From a virus: 64,000 bases of DNA. Each line of letters begins with the position of its first letter. Within the stretch, counting starts at the first letter, position 1. Of the stretch, positions 9,595 through 18,962 are shown one piece after another. Under the pieces are notes generated by a model. That model did not search any database and was not told where the DNA came from. It saw only the letters and a program-made list of their open reading frames with translations. The stretch lies in the IMG/VR virus record IMGVR_UViG_3300035158_000183, positions 64,001-128,000 of that record. One strand, 5' to 3'. Both the position numbers and the translations under genes were made by a program.

Positions 9595-12500
9595 TACAAC
9601 TCCTCCAGGGTGTCAGCTGTCACAGCCTTCAGTGCGATATCCTTACAGATTGGTGAGAAATACGGCTCCAGGTCTTTTAGTGACTCTGTAGATTGTTTAT
9701 AGTACTCGTAAGCCAGCTTAATGAAGCCCGGCTGGGCCTGGAGAATTGAGGACATCTTCAAGAACCTCATCCCCAATGACGTACTGAACACAATAGTCTG
9801 GCCGGCCTCATCCACTTCTTTGATGTCACCATCAGGCACTACATCGGCCACATTGTAGAACGCGCTGTAGTTGGATACCTCGAACCTAATTTCTCCAGTA
9901 GTTTCAACAGCTTCAGCGAAATGCACTATAGCATTCTCGTAGTCAATGGAGTACAAGCCCGCGATATCCACACCAGGATCATCGTCCTGGGTTCTGTACG
10001 TGACCACATGGTCCTCCATGCCCGTGGTAGAGTAGACCGTGATGGTATTGGTTGTGTCATTAAATGCCCACTCGCCATCGTTAGACGGTGCACCTGTCAC
10101 AGGTGCGGTGAACTGGCTTTCTGGTGCAGACGGGCTAGTCTCAGAGCGAACTGGCGCAAAGCCAATGGTGCTGGCGATGACATTCTCACCCTTCAGGACA
10201 TAGGTGTACTTATCCCCACCTATATCAGTAAACGTCATAGCTTCATTGGATACCTGCACAATGCCATGTAGCTCCGTATCCCCATCTACATATAGCACTT
10301 CTGTGGGTCTTGCATCGTCAGGGAATAGCGCAGAGTCAATCTCCACCGTACCCTTAACTAGCCTCTGTTTGTACCAGTCGTGACCTCTAGCCTGGGTAGG
10401 GATAAGCTCCACGCTGTTTAATGGAGTAGCGGTCCCATCTACATTCTCTGTTCTCTTATGAGTCTTGACATACATGGGATCCAGGACAATTTTGCTAGTA
10501 TTTATCCTGCCATGGACGGAAGATCGGTAGTATTCCCACTTATCCATAGGGACAGTTGTGGTCTCTATCATCTTGCATCTTAGGATAATAGTACGGTCAT
10601 CAGGTGGTGTGCTGCCTAGATATACCATTCCGGAATATGCATCAAATGTATAGGTGCTTGGATCTTCTAGCCATTCGCCAGTGGAGCCGTCATAGGTTAG
10701 CAACTCCTGTTCACCGTCTATATGCTCCCTCTTGGTTGTGTAGATAGTATCCGGAGAGTATATCCGTGTACCGTCAAAGTTGTATTCCTCAATCTCAAAA
10801 TTATCCAGACCTGGTAATAATACTGGCGGTAGCTGTCCAGTCTGCTTCTCTGCTTCCCTAGCTTGCCCTATTTTGTCCTCTGTCAGTATGTCTGACGCCA
10901 CATAGGCAGTCACGTCTACAGCCGTATTAACATTTCCTATTGGTTCGCTTATGGGTGTCTCGTCTCCGATGCCGACAGAATCACTATAACTTGAATCTAT
11001 AGCAGCTGCTACCTTATATTTCGCTTTCTTTACTACCTTAATGTGATCCACAGCTTCAGCCTCGGATAGGGCATCCATAGCCACCAGGCTAACATTCTCC
11101 TTGAAGCCATCACTCCCAGCAGATAGATTCAGTACATAGCCCTGACCAGTCAGTTCCATCCGTGGGTTGTCGCCATCCAGACAGATCTGTATTTTGGCCC
11201 CACCTGGCGGGAGGAACCCTTTGCGCTCTAAAGTGCCAGCATTATCATATACGTAACCGAATTGTAACTGCCAGCGGCCTGCCTTAGTGAGGAAGAACAC
11301 CTTACTGTCTTCGCCTATCTCTTCATAACTGGTGATGCTGTGGTTGCCAGTCAGACCCATGCCCTCTGGGTCCTGTGGGCAATATTCTATGTGCTCGCCA
11401 TTCACAAAGACTCTCAAATGTTCCCGTAGGTTAGGTACATCCCTGTAGGGTAGATCGAAGCGCATAACGTCAACTGGAGATACATCTACAGAAAACTCCA
11501 AGAAATCCAGGGCCATAGGAGGCGGTAGCCCCCGAACCGTCGAACCATATCGTCCATAGGGACAACTGTAGCTGCCGTAGAACGGCAGAATAACCCGTAG
11601 GGTTTCTTTGATAGGCCGCTGAGTGGTATTAACCTCAAACTCTCCCCCTGTAGGCATGTTGACTACATCTATCTGGGTTATCTTCTCTTCCTTCACCACC
11701 AGATTGCCCTCAAAAGATTCTGGAGTTCGGCTCATGCCGATCTTATGACGAAGAGTGGTAACCTCAGACTCAGTTGTGATTGCCCCCTCGGCAATAGTAT
11801 TGAAGTCCACGACCTCTGGGATTTCCGCTCCAGAGCGTTTCTGCGGCTGTATGGGCCGCCATACCGCCCCGTCATTCTCTGATATGGAGTGAGTGATGTC
11901 AGCTAGCTCAGAGGCCTCTACAGGGTTCTCGGAAGCCCACAGAGCCACCTTCCTGACATCTCCTCCTGTGGTGAACGGTGCGGATATGATACTACCCTCA
12001 GTCTTGAACCGCCGGCCTAGGATATTGATGTCCCGGATGCCTATAGCATACCGCAGGCGCTCTCCACTCAGGGTCTGTATGGGATGAGGAGTGTGCTGTT
12101 CCAGAACAATATGTACGAACTGTACCTTTCGAGGCAGGAAGGAGTAGAATCCCTCCCCTGCGCCCTTGGCTGTCACCGGTGAAAGGTCGAATGTATTGTC
12201 TTCAGGCTCAGAGACAAAGTCCTTAATGGGCACCTCGTCCTTAATAGACCGGTATTCCAGCCCATCCTTGGAGGTCTCTAGCTTAGCGATATGAACTGGT
12301 GTAGGCGTCCCAAAGTTAATTGGATTCACATGTATATGATTAATTACAGATATACTGTCCAAGACTATGGTAAGGTCAAGTACCAGGGGCGTATCAGATT
12401 CGTAGGCCACCACACGCTCATACTCGTACCAGGTATTTGGCTCGGCATCTCCAATGGCCTCGATCTCATTCTTGCCCAGCACATCTAGCTCAAAGTTGTT

Positions 12501-13112
12501 GCCGGCATTGCCATTGCTGGGCTGGTTGATGATGTAGGACTTGATCTTGGGCCTGTCCGGCTCACCGTCCAACGGCAGCAGAACAATTCCCTCATCCTGA
12601 CCCAAGAAACATTCCTCCGAGTCTACTAAAGACGACCCTACTTCTATTAGCTCTGCGCTATTGAAGCTATCACCGAAGAAGAAACCTGCTCCTACTCCTA
12701 GACTTGGATCTGCGTATAGCAGATAGTCACCGAGCTTATTCGAGACACGCTTGGATATCTGGAGTACCTGGTCCTTCTCTGCCAGCATGGAGTTAAAGCT
12801 TGACACTACCAGCGCATCCAGGGCCCCTATCTCTGTGAACAGGGCCTCCAGGTCACGGGATAGGGAGTTTGTCACCACATTATAGTGGGAAGGGTCGGCC
12901 GGCATCCCCTTAAATATCTTGGAGGCACTCCTAAGTATAGAGCCATCCAGCGACTTCAGGAATATATCCATGGCTGCGTGGTAAGATGATACCAGATTCT
13001 CCTCTAGCACCATATCACCTGACTGATATAGCTTGTTAACGTCCTCTAGCAGCACTTTTAGTCTGGCCCTAAGCAGCTCCGTTGGGGGCTGTGTAGTGAG
13101 TTTGTTAGGCAT
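9594..13112 (-). CDS. Virion structural protein (coiled coil + discoidin-like beta-sandwich), paralogue 2 of a triplet
   Basis: 1172 aa, acidic and beta-rich. EAIGDAEPNTWY motif, YSIDYENAIVHF and YTFDAYSGMVYL baseplate-type hairpins, C-terminal SPICKDIALK. Confidence 0.6.
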   Translation of the reverse strand: MPNKLTTQPPTELLRARLKVLLEDVNKLYQSGDMVLEENLVSSYHAAMDIFLKSLDGSILRSASKIFKGMPADPSHYNVVTNSLSRDLEALFTEIGALDALVVSSFNSMLAEKDQVLQISKRVSNKLGDYLLYADPSLGVGAGFFFGDSFNSAELIEVGSSLVDSEECFLGQDEGIVLLPLDGEPDRPKIKSYIINQPSNGNAGNNFELDVLGKNEIEAIGDAEPNTWYEYERVVAYESDTPLVLDLTIVLDSISVINHIHVNPINFGTPTPVHIAKLETSKDGLEYRSIKDEVPIKDFVSEPEDNTFDLSPVTAKGAGEGFYSFLPRKVQFVHIVLEQHTPHPIQTLSGERLRYAIGIRDINILGRRFKTEGSIISAPFTTGGDVRKVALWASENPVEASELADITHSISENDGAVWRPIQPQKRSGAEIPEVVDFNTIAEGAITTESEVTTLRHKIGMSRTPESFEGNLVVKEEKITQIDVVNMPTGGEFEVNTTQRPIKETLRVILPFYGSYSCPYGRYGSTVRGLPPPMALDFLEFSVDVSPVDVMRFDLPYRDVPNLREHLRVFVNGEHIEYCPQDPEGMGLTGNHSITSYEEIGEDSKVFFLTKAGRWQLQFGYVYDNAGTLERKGFLPPGGAKIQICLDGDNPRMELTGQGYVLNLSAGSDGFKENVSLVAMDALSEAEAVDHIKVVKKAKYKVAAAIDSSYSDSVGIGDETPISEPIGNVNTAVDVTAYVASDILTEDKIGQAREAEKQTGQLPPVLLPGLDNFEIEEYNFDGTRIYSPDTIYTTKREHIDGEQELLTYDGSTGEWLEDPSTYTFDAYSGMVYLGSTPPDDRTIILRCKMIETTTVPMDKWEYYRSSVHGRINTSKIVLDPMYVKTHKRTENVDGTATPLNSVELIPTQARGHDWYKQRLVKGTVEIDSALFPDDARPTEVLYVDGDTELHGIVQVSNEAMTFTDIGGDKYTYVLKGENVIASTIGFAPVRSETSPSAPESQFTAPVTGAPSNDGEWAFNDTTNTITVYSTTGMEDHVVTYRTQDDDPGVDIAGLYSIDYENAIVHFAEAVETTGEIRFEVSNYSAFYNVADVVPDGDIKEVDEAGQTIVFSTSLGMRFLKMSSILQAQPGFIKLAYEYYKQSTESLKDLEPYFSPICKDIALKAVTADTLEEL

Positions 13113-15096
13113 AAAGGGCTCCTAGGATAGCATACTCACGAAGCTCTGGCGTGATCTTCTGGGATGCAGCATTCCGGCGTAAAGTAGCCTGCAAGTAAAG
13201 CTTACTTTCTATTGTAACATCTGGATTCTCTCTTCTAAAGTATACCCGACCACCCTCACCCAGAAAGGTCGTCTTGTCCTTATCCAGCCACACTGTATTA
13301 TCATCAATATATGTGTCGCTGGTACGTATGGTGTAGCTCACCGTATAGATAGATGTGGGGTCCAGTGTATCGGGGCCAATTTTGATCCACATCTTAGGCG
13401 GAGTTAGCTGGTACTCCGACCAGGTATTTGCACCGGTGAAGACGGTCTCCCAGTCTAGCTCATTATTGCTGTCCAGGTGGATTGCAAAGTACCATCCGTC
13501 GTCTCCACCCAGTGTCAGCGGCACACCATTCTGGTAGACCGTAATAGGTGCAGGGTCTCCGAAGTCCCAACTGGGATCCACATATGGACAGAACCTGAGC
13601 TGACCTGCGTCAGGCAGAATGGCTTGCTCATATTCATTCCTAGGTTCCTTCTTGGTCAACACCAGTCTCTCATGGACCACTGAGGTCTGGCCCAGTCGGG
13701 GTATAGGGAACTTGGTCTCCTTGTACTTCGGGCTGGTATCTACCTTGATAATCTCGTACTCAATGGAGTTCGGTACCACCTCGGGAGAATCAGTATACTC
13801 ATCCGACCTCACCGCCACTACACCGAAGTCTGATCCCTTCAGCGGCTTAGAGACGAATATGCCGCTGTCCTCATACAGACTATTGCCAAACCACACGTTG
13901 TCCAGGGAGAAAGCATACACGAATGAGTTGACACGGGTAGATACATCCTCAGGCACGTTAAGAATATCGCCGAGATGCTCTGAAGCCAGAACCTCACGCG
14001 CCAGTGGGCCCGCTGCCTCAGTTCTGGTGACATCGTCCTTAGAGGTCATCATTACCTCATGCAGTTCGGTCTCCTTGGACTGTGTATAGTGTTCCTCCCG
14101 CTGGTAGGAGTTCATTGAGAATGTGACCTGGACTGTTCTGGCCAGAGTGCGCGGAAAGTCTAGGCGTGTCCATCCGCTAACTTCTGTGGGCTCATCTAGG
14201 AGGTCTACCTTGTGGCCATCAGGAGCTACAGCCTTGACGGTCTCTATATAGAACGGCACCTGGGTAGCACCCTCCACGACCATATAATTAATATCTTGGG
14301 CTATCCCCAAACTGAACTCGAGGACAGTAGTCACCTTAGCCACCGGTTCTCCGAGATACACTTCACGAGTCCAGAATGTTCCCCTGGTTCCGTCTATCAC
14401 ATTAGCCAGATCATTATTAACACTGGTCTGGACCTGGGTGCCATGAGAATACTGGTCAGTCAGCATGGTAACCGAAACCGGCAGTACCCTAGGCTCGTTG
14501 GTAGAGCCAAGAATTAGCCGCTGCCCATGCTCAGACACCACAGCTCCTGGCAGCTCAACCTCGGTTGCAGTCTGGTAGGTGCGATTATCAAAGTAAAGAT
14601 TCTCTGCACCCACCTCACTCCGCGCTATCCTAAATAGCGAAGCAGAGGTGAAGGAATTAACTAGTGCTAGGGAGAACTCGTTAGAGCGGTCTGCCAACCA
14701 CTCAAGCCTACGTATCGTATTCTCCTGATCTGCCAGTGCTCGCTCTAGGTCGGCTGCCAAGTTCTTCATCACTAGCAAGTGGTGGTCGTCCACCTTTCCA
14801 CCTATCTCATCTACCTGCTGGAACAGTGCCTCCACATCATTCTTAGCGGCCTTCATCATCGTGTTATGAGCGTCAGAGGAAGTTAGTTGCCATATGAGAG
14901 CGCGGATCTGCTGGAAGGACGGCTTAGGGGCCTTGTCATTAATAAGGGTAGCCAGCTCCTGGAGTCGGAACTGGTATTCCTCAGCATCCCGTACTTCGCC
15001 GGAAGCTTTAAGGTCGTTTAGTAAATCGGTAATCTGCCGAGCCTGGACAGCCGGCATGACACGCAGGACGCTATCTAGATATATACTTGTGGTCAT
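13105..15096 (-). CDS. Virion structural protein (coiled coil + discoidin-like beta-sandwich), paralogue 1 of a triplet
   Basis: 663 aa. Coiled coil LERALADQENTIRRLEWL, NDLANVIDGTRGTFW (discoidin/F5-8C-like motif), C-terminal TPELREYAIL. Confidence 0.6.
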   Translation of the reverse strand: MTTSIYLDSVLRVMPAVQARQITDLLNDLKASGEVRDAEEYQFRLQELATLINDKAPKPSFQQIRALIWQLTSSDAHNTMMKAAKNDVEALFQQVDEIGGKVDDHHLLVMKNLAADLERALADQENTIRRLEWLADRSNEFSLALVNSFTSASLFRIARSEVGAENLYFDNRTYQTATEVELPGAVVSEHGQRLILGSTNEPRVLPVSVTMLTDQYSHGTQVQTSVNNDLANVIDGTRGTFWTREVYLGEPVAKVTTVLEFSLGIAQDINYMVVEGATQVPFYIETVKAVAPDGHKVDLLDEPTEVSGWTRLDFPRTLARTVQVTFSMNSYQREEHYTQSKETELHEVMMTSKDDVTRTEAAGPLAREVLASEHLGDILNVPEDVSTRVNSFVYAFSLDNVWFGNSLYEDSGIFVSKPLKGSDFGVVAVRSDEYTDSPEVVPNSIEYEIIKVDTSPKYKETKFPIPRLGQTSVVHERLVLTKKEPRNEYEQAILPDAGQLRFCPYVDPSWDFGDPAPITVYQNGVPLTLGGDDGWYFAIHLDSNNELDWETVFTGANTWSEYQLTPPKMWIKIGPDTLDPTSIYTVSYTIRTSDTYIDDNTVWLDKDKTTFLGEGGRVYFRRENPDVTIESKLYLQATLRRNAASQKITPELREYAILGALYA

Positions 15097-15568
15097 TGAT
15101 TCTGCCCTTAGCTAAAAAGCCTACATGCGGATGCTTCCTCTTGGACAGAACGATGGTGACCCACTTCCCTACATGTGAACTCTGGATGGGTTCGCTCATA
15201 AACTGATTCACTCCTGCTTCTTGTATTTCCTGGATAGCTGCCCAAACAAAACATCCTCCAATATCAAAACATACCAGCTGTTGGCCCACATGGTGCTGCT
15301 GGACTTCTGCCTGTATTGCCCTGTGAGTCCTCTTGGGAGTCTGTTCTCCTAATTGACTTAGATCTACCTGGAACCTATCGAACTGGTGCCAGTTAGTCTC
15401 CGGAACCACCAGGGTTACGGTCCAAAGATCGTGAAGGAGCTTGACGGACTGGATGCCGCCCAGCCTGCCCTTGGACCAAGACGCCTTACCGGCAGCAATA
15501 TCTACGTCGCTTCCACGCTCCGTAGTGCCATCGGTGAACTCCTTTATCCACATGGCGTCAGTTGCCAC
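15071..15568 (-). CDS. Hypothetical protein
   Basis: 165 aa. GTG start overlaps the upstream TAG (TAGTG). No recognisable motif. Confidence 0.6.
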   Translation of the reverse strand: MATDAMWIKEFTDGTTERGSDVDIAAGKASWSKGRLGGIQSVKLLHDLWTVTLVVPETNWHQFDRFQVDLSQLGEQTPKRTHRAIQAEVQQHHVGQQLVCFDIGGCFVWAAIQEIQEAGVNQFMSEPIQSSHVGKWVTIVLSKRKHPHVGFLAKGRINDHKYISR

Positions 15569-16044
15569 TACTCCTCAATTAGTTCATAGAGCAGATCCAT
15601 ATCTCCGCCCAGGACCTTCTCTGGCATATCCTCTAGCTTGATCTTATGGAATTCCACATTGATTTCTTCCTTCAGCAGCTCATTAAACTCTTCCTGCTGC
15701 TTCTCCATAACATCTAGCACTTCCTGATGCTCTTCCTTTAAGCCCTCCATCTTCTCGTCGAAGCCTGGACGCGCTTCCTCGGGAATCGCGAACTGTCCTG
15801 CGATGATCTTGGGGTTGCCCGCGTCATCCTTCTCGCACATCTCTTGACACATCTTCATGCGAGCATCCTCAAATGCTTGATACCCATCAGGTGGTGCTTG
15901 TGCCTTCTGCATCGAGTCGACTTCAGGTTCCAGGACACGCTTATTGCGGATGATCCCGAAGTGGAACTTCACATTGGTCTTCTCGCTGGCAAGACGCTGG
16001 AACAGACCCCACATCTGCAGTACTTTTTCCCTTGTGATTTTCAT
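15568..16044 (-). CDS. Small acidic helical phage protein (possible fibre assembly chaperone)
   Basis: 158 aa with a GAGGAG RBS. The KFHFGIIRNKRVLEPE...FNELLKEEINVEFHKIKLEDMP pattern resembles small proteins often found beside phage fibre genes. Function is inferred only. Confidence 0.5.
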   Translation of the reverse strand: MKITREKVLQMWGLFQRLASEKTNVKFHFGIIRNKRVLEPEVDSMQKAQAPPDGYQAFEDARMKMCQEMCEKDDAGNPKIIAGQFAIPEEARPGFDEKMEGLKEEHQEVLDVMEKQQEEFNELLKEEINVEFHKIKLEDMPEKVLGGDMDLLYELIEE

Positions 16045-16082
16045 GGATTACTCCTCGTTGGCGGCCAGTATGGCCCTCTTCT

Positions 16083-16091
16083 GTTATATCA
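16083..16091 (-). promoter_or_regulatory. Possible extended -10 promoter (TG-A-TATAAC)
   Basis: Lies in one of the few intergenic gaps (16045-16119), where the minus strand reads GATGATATAACAG. No correctly spaced -35 element. Confidence 0.25.
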
Positions 16092-16119
16092 TCATCCCAC
16101 AAAGATATGGGCATTGCAA

Positions 16120-17253
16120 CTATCTCGAAATCCACTTACTCCAGATCTCTATGTTGTTCTTAATACGTGGGATTTCGGCAGTCTCGTAGGCCTTCTCGGC
16201 CATCTGGATAGCCTTCTCATACTGCTTCAGATGGTTGTATACCATCGACAGCAGGTCATAGCGATCTACCATGTATATTCGCGGGGTTACGAACAGCCTG
16301 CACTTGGGCATCTCCATCTTGACACAATGCTCCAGCCACACCTGAGCCTCGTGATAGTGCTGCTGTTTGTAAGCCAAGTCAGCCATGTAGTAGTAGGCCT
16401 CTGCCATGGGTGGGAACTCTTCTATGGCCTTCACGAACTGCTCCCGGGCATTGTCTCGCTCGCCCCGATAACTGTAGCAAGTACCCATATTAACCCTTGC
16501 ATGCCAGCGCTCCTCATCCCACTTACTGATGAGCAGATACTCCTTGTAGGCTTCTATAGCAAGGGTCCACTTGGCGTTCTCCTTATAAGCATTCCCTAGA
16601 TAAAACCAGGAGCGTGAGTCCTGAGGATTTTGCTTTACGGCATCCTCGAACCCCTCTATCGTTGCCTTGGAGCGCTGCACATCACGAGCTTTCTTCGCAG
16701 ATTTGTTCTGATGCTGCTTATTATGCTCTACCACAAACTGCTCTGATACGTACTTCTTATGCTTCTGTAGCATCGGCGCATTGTGCTGAGAGTTCTGATA
16801 GCGTATGTTGGGCCCTAGAAGCCGAGCTTGTGTATACATAAGCTGTGGTATACCATACTGGTCTGGCTCGAAGTGTATCCATACTTCCACACCATCCTGA
16901 TTCTTACTCTCAGCCTCCTCAATAACTTTGTGTATATTCTCAGGATTCTTCACAGTCTCATGGCCATCAAGTATGAGCCTCCAGGTTCCTGGCTTGCAGA
17001 CAGCAAGCACCCTGTTCCTGGCTTTCGAGAAACCCCAGTCACCCTTATTCTTCCGAGGCCCCTGCTTGGCTAGCTCCTCATCCAGGTAGTGAGGAATTAC
17101 CCGGTCGGCTAACCTCTCAGCTATCTCACGAGTTCCGTCATTGGAGGCCTCGTCCACACCAATGATTACTTCGTCCACATGGTCCCTGACAGACTGTATT
17201 GTCTGCTCGAGGGTGTCCGCCTCATCCTTTACGATCATCGCTAGTGATAACAT
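16120..17253 (-). CDS. Family 2 glycosyltransferase with C-terminal TPR repeats
   Basis: GT2 N-terminus LSLAMIVKDEADTLEQTIQSVRDHVDEVIIGVDEASNDGTREIA...FSKARN...WRLILDGHE (DxD-position motif), followed by TPR helices (NPQDSRSWFYLGNAY, FPPMAEAYYYMADLAY). Confidence 0.9.
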   Translation of the reverse strand: MLSLAMIVKDEADTLEQTIQSVRDHVDEVIIGVDEASNDGTREIAERLADRVIPHYLDEELAKQGPRKNKGDWGFSKARNRVLAVCKPGTWRLILDGHETVKNPENIHKVIEEAESKNQDGVEVWIHFEPDQYGIPQLMYTQARLLGPNIRYQNSQHNAPMLQKHKKYVSEQFVVEHNKQHQNKSAKKARDVQRSKATIEGFEDAVKQNPQDSRSWFYLGNAYKENAKWTLAIEAYKEYLLISKWDEERWHARVNMGTCYSYRGERDNAREQFVKAIEEFPPMAEAYYYMADLAYKQQHYHEAQVWLEHCVKMEMPKCRLFVTPRIYMVDRYDLLSMVYNHLKQYEKAIQMAEKAYETAEIPRIKNNIEIWSKWISR

Positions 17254-17254
17254 A

Positions 17255-17770
17255 TTACACCGGATATTCTGTTTGTTTAAATACCTTGCTGGTTTTCAGG
17301 AAGAGCCTGATGTCGTTAGGTGTGACACTAGAGCACTCCCAGTTTTCTGTTTCGGGCACACCTGCTGCCTTCAGAAATTCTGCTATCAGCTCGAAGCAGG
17401 TCACCCTGGAGATGTTGTGAAACGGCTTGGTGATTTTGATCTTTAGCCATCTCCATATCATAATCCGGAATAGGCCCCAAAGCAAGTACTTTATGTCATA
17501 TTTGGTACCCACATAATTACGTATCTCTGGTAGGCCAAAACTGAGATCGGCAAGCGGCTCGTAGGTCTCGATGTAAGAGTACCTCTTCTTCGCCTCCTCG
17601 GCTGGTATCTTCACTACACGACCTAGTACATCGGCAGCCCACCAGCCTCCCCATAGAGGATCTTGGTACAGAAGAAATGCATGATTTACAGGCAGTTCCA
17701 AGACTCGGCGGATAGCTCTGCCATACCATTTTTCATGTGCCGCTAGACATATGCGAATATTAGAAGCCAT
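17255..17770 (-). CDS. Permuted papain-like (NlpC/P60, YiiX/YaeF-type) enzyme
   Basis: His precedes Cys: NHAFLLY ... YVGTKYD ... VTCFELIAEFLKAAG ... VTPNDI, the permuted NlpC/P60 signature. Confidence 0.75.
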   Translation of the reverse strand: MASNIRICLAAHEKWYGRAIRRVLELPVNHAFLLYQDPLWGGWWAADVLGRVVKIPAEEAKKRYSYIETYEPLADLSFGLPEIRNYVGTKYDIKYLLWGLFRIMIWRWLKIKITKPFHNISRVTCFELIAEFLKAAGVPETENWECSSVTPNDIRLFLKTSKVFKQTEYPV

Positions 17771-18342
17771 TACACGTCAGGATCCTCGTATATCTCTACG
17801 AAATATCGTGACCTTGCCATCTGAGCAGGGTCAGAGTTGTCGTCCTTGTAGGGTAGATCGTCTGCAATCTCAGCCGTCATATATTCCCATTTGGGGTTTC
17901 CCAGAATATCCACATGAGGATTGCCGCCAGTCACACCGGCAGAAGACCATATGATTACAGGTTTAGAGAAGTCAAACTTTAACTGGATTATAGGCTTATT
18001 AACGTCTCCGTTAATCGGTCCACTGTAGGCAATCCTATTCATTTCGTCTGCTCTAGCCATAAAGTCTGCCATCGAAGAATACTGAGCTAAAGTTATAGGG
18101 CTAGATGCCCACCCGTCTATATGGCCTTTGATTATCATGCCGCCACCGGAGTGGATAATCATATCCTCAGTGAACTTGATCAGGACACCGGTGACCTTGT
18201 AGACTTCATCGGCACCAGGTTGTAGGGTCCATACACTATTATCAGTAGCAGGCCATGCACTTGTGTCTGACCAGTCGTGAGACGTAATTGTATCAAAACC
18301 CTTTACGTTGCTGGGTAACCCATTGGGCTGAAAACCACTCAT
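17770..18342 (-). CDS. Hypothetical structural protein
   Basis: About 190 aa, beta-rich. The ATG at 18342 overlaps the upstream TGA (ATGA) and is preferred to the ORF-track start at 18357. Confidence 0.55.
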   Translation of the reverse strand: MSGFQPNGLPSNVKGFDTITSHDWSDTSAWPATDNSVWTLQPGADEVYKVTGVLIKFTEDMIIHSGGGMIIKGHIDGWASSPITLAQYSSMADFMARADEMNRIAYSGPINGDVNKPIIQLKFDFSKPVIIWSSAGVTGGNPHVDILGNPKWEYMTAEIADDLPYKDDNSDPAQMARSRYFVEIYEDPDV

Positions 18343-18962
18343 TCTGCTGCCTCCCAATCAAATTCTACTGAGGTAAGCCCCCAATTATCTCCCTTGCCGG
18401 TTCCTGTTACGGAGAACAAGAATCCATATCCTGTAATCTCCTCACAGTTTAGGTTAGCTGTGCCATCAAATATAACATTCGTAAAATTTATAGAAGAAGG
18501 TACCACAGCCTGTTTGGCAGGGAACTGAACAAAATCTCGATGAATCCTCCACCTACGCATTCCCCGTCTGCCGGAAAGAGTAAACACGTGATGCCCTGCG
18601 GGCATGCCTGTTGATATGTTCTTGCCGCGTATGGCAAATTGTTCGCTGGTAATATCACTTACAGAACCTCCGCTACAAGCAGGACATGTGGTAGGCGCTG
18701 ATACGGCAGATACCTTAAACCACTTGGCGCAATCGTCGCACCAGACACGATAAGATACAACCGCACTACCCTTGTCAAAGGTCTCGGTTGTTGAGTTCCA
18801 GGTCCACACCGTCTCGCGTGTCGGCTCATCGAAGTCGAACTCCTTCTCGACAATCTCTTCAGTCTGCGAATCAAACTGGCCGTCATTCTGGAAATCGCAG
18901 TATCCATGCCTCTTGACTATCTTGGAGGTCTTATCAATTACGTTCTTCTGTGAAATTCCCAT
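18339..18962 (-). CDS. Hypothetical protein with CxxC...CxxC zinc ribbon
   Basis: Contains YRVWCDDCAKWFKVSAVSAPTTCPACSG. The ATG at 18962 overlaps the upstream TAA (TAATG). Confidence 0.6.
   Translation of the reverse strand: MGISQKNVIDKTSKIVKRHGYCDFQNDGQFDSQTEEIVEKEFDFDEPTRETVWTWNSTTETFDKGSAVVSYRVWCDDCAKWFKVSAVSAPTTCPACSGGSVSDITSEQFAIRGKNISTGMPAGHHVFTLSGRRGMRRWRIHRDFVQFPAKQAVVPSSINFTNVIFDGTANLNCEEITGYGFLFSVTGTGKGDNWGLTSVEFDWEAAE

Noticed and set aside
16083-16119. Canonical sigma70 promoter TTGCAA...TATAAC
   Set aside because: The spacer is 25 nt, far from 17. Only the extended -10 is kept, at low confidence.
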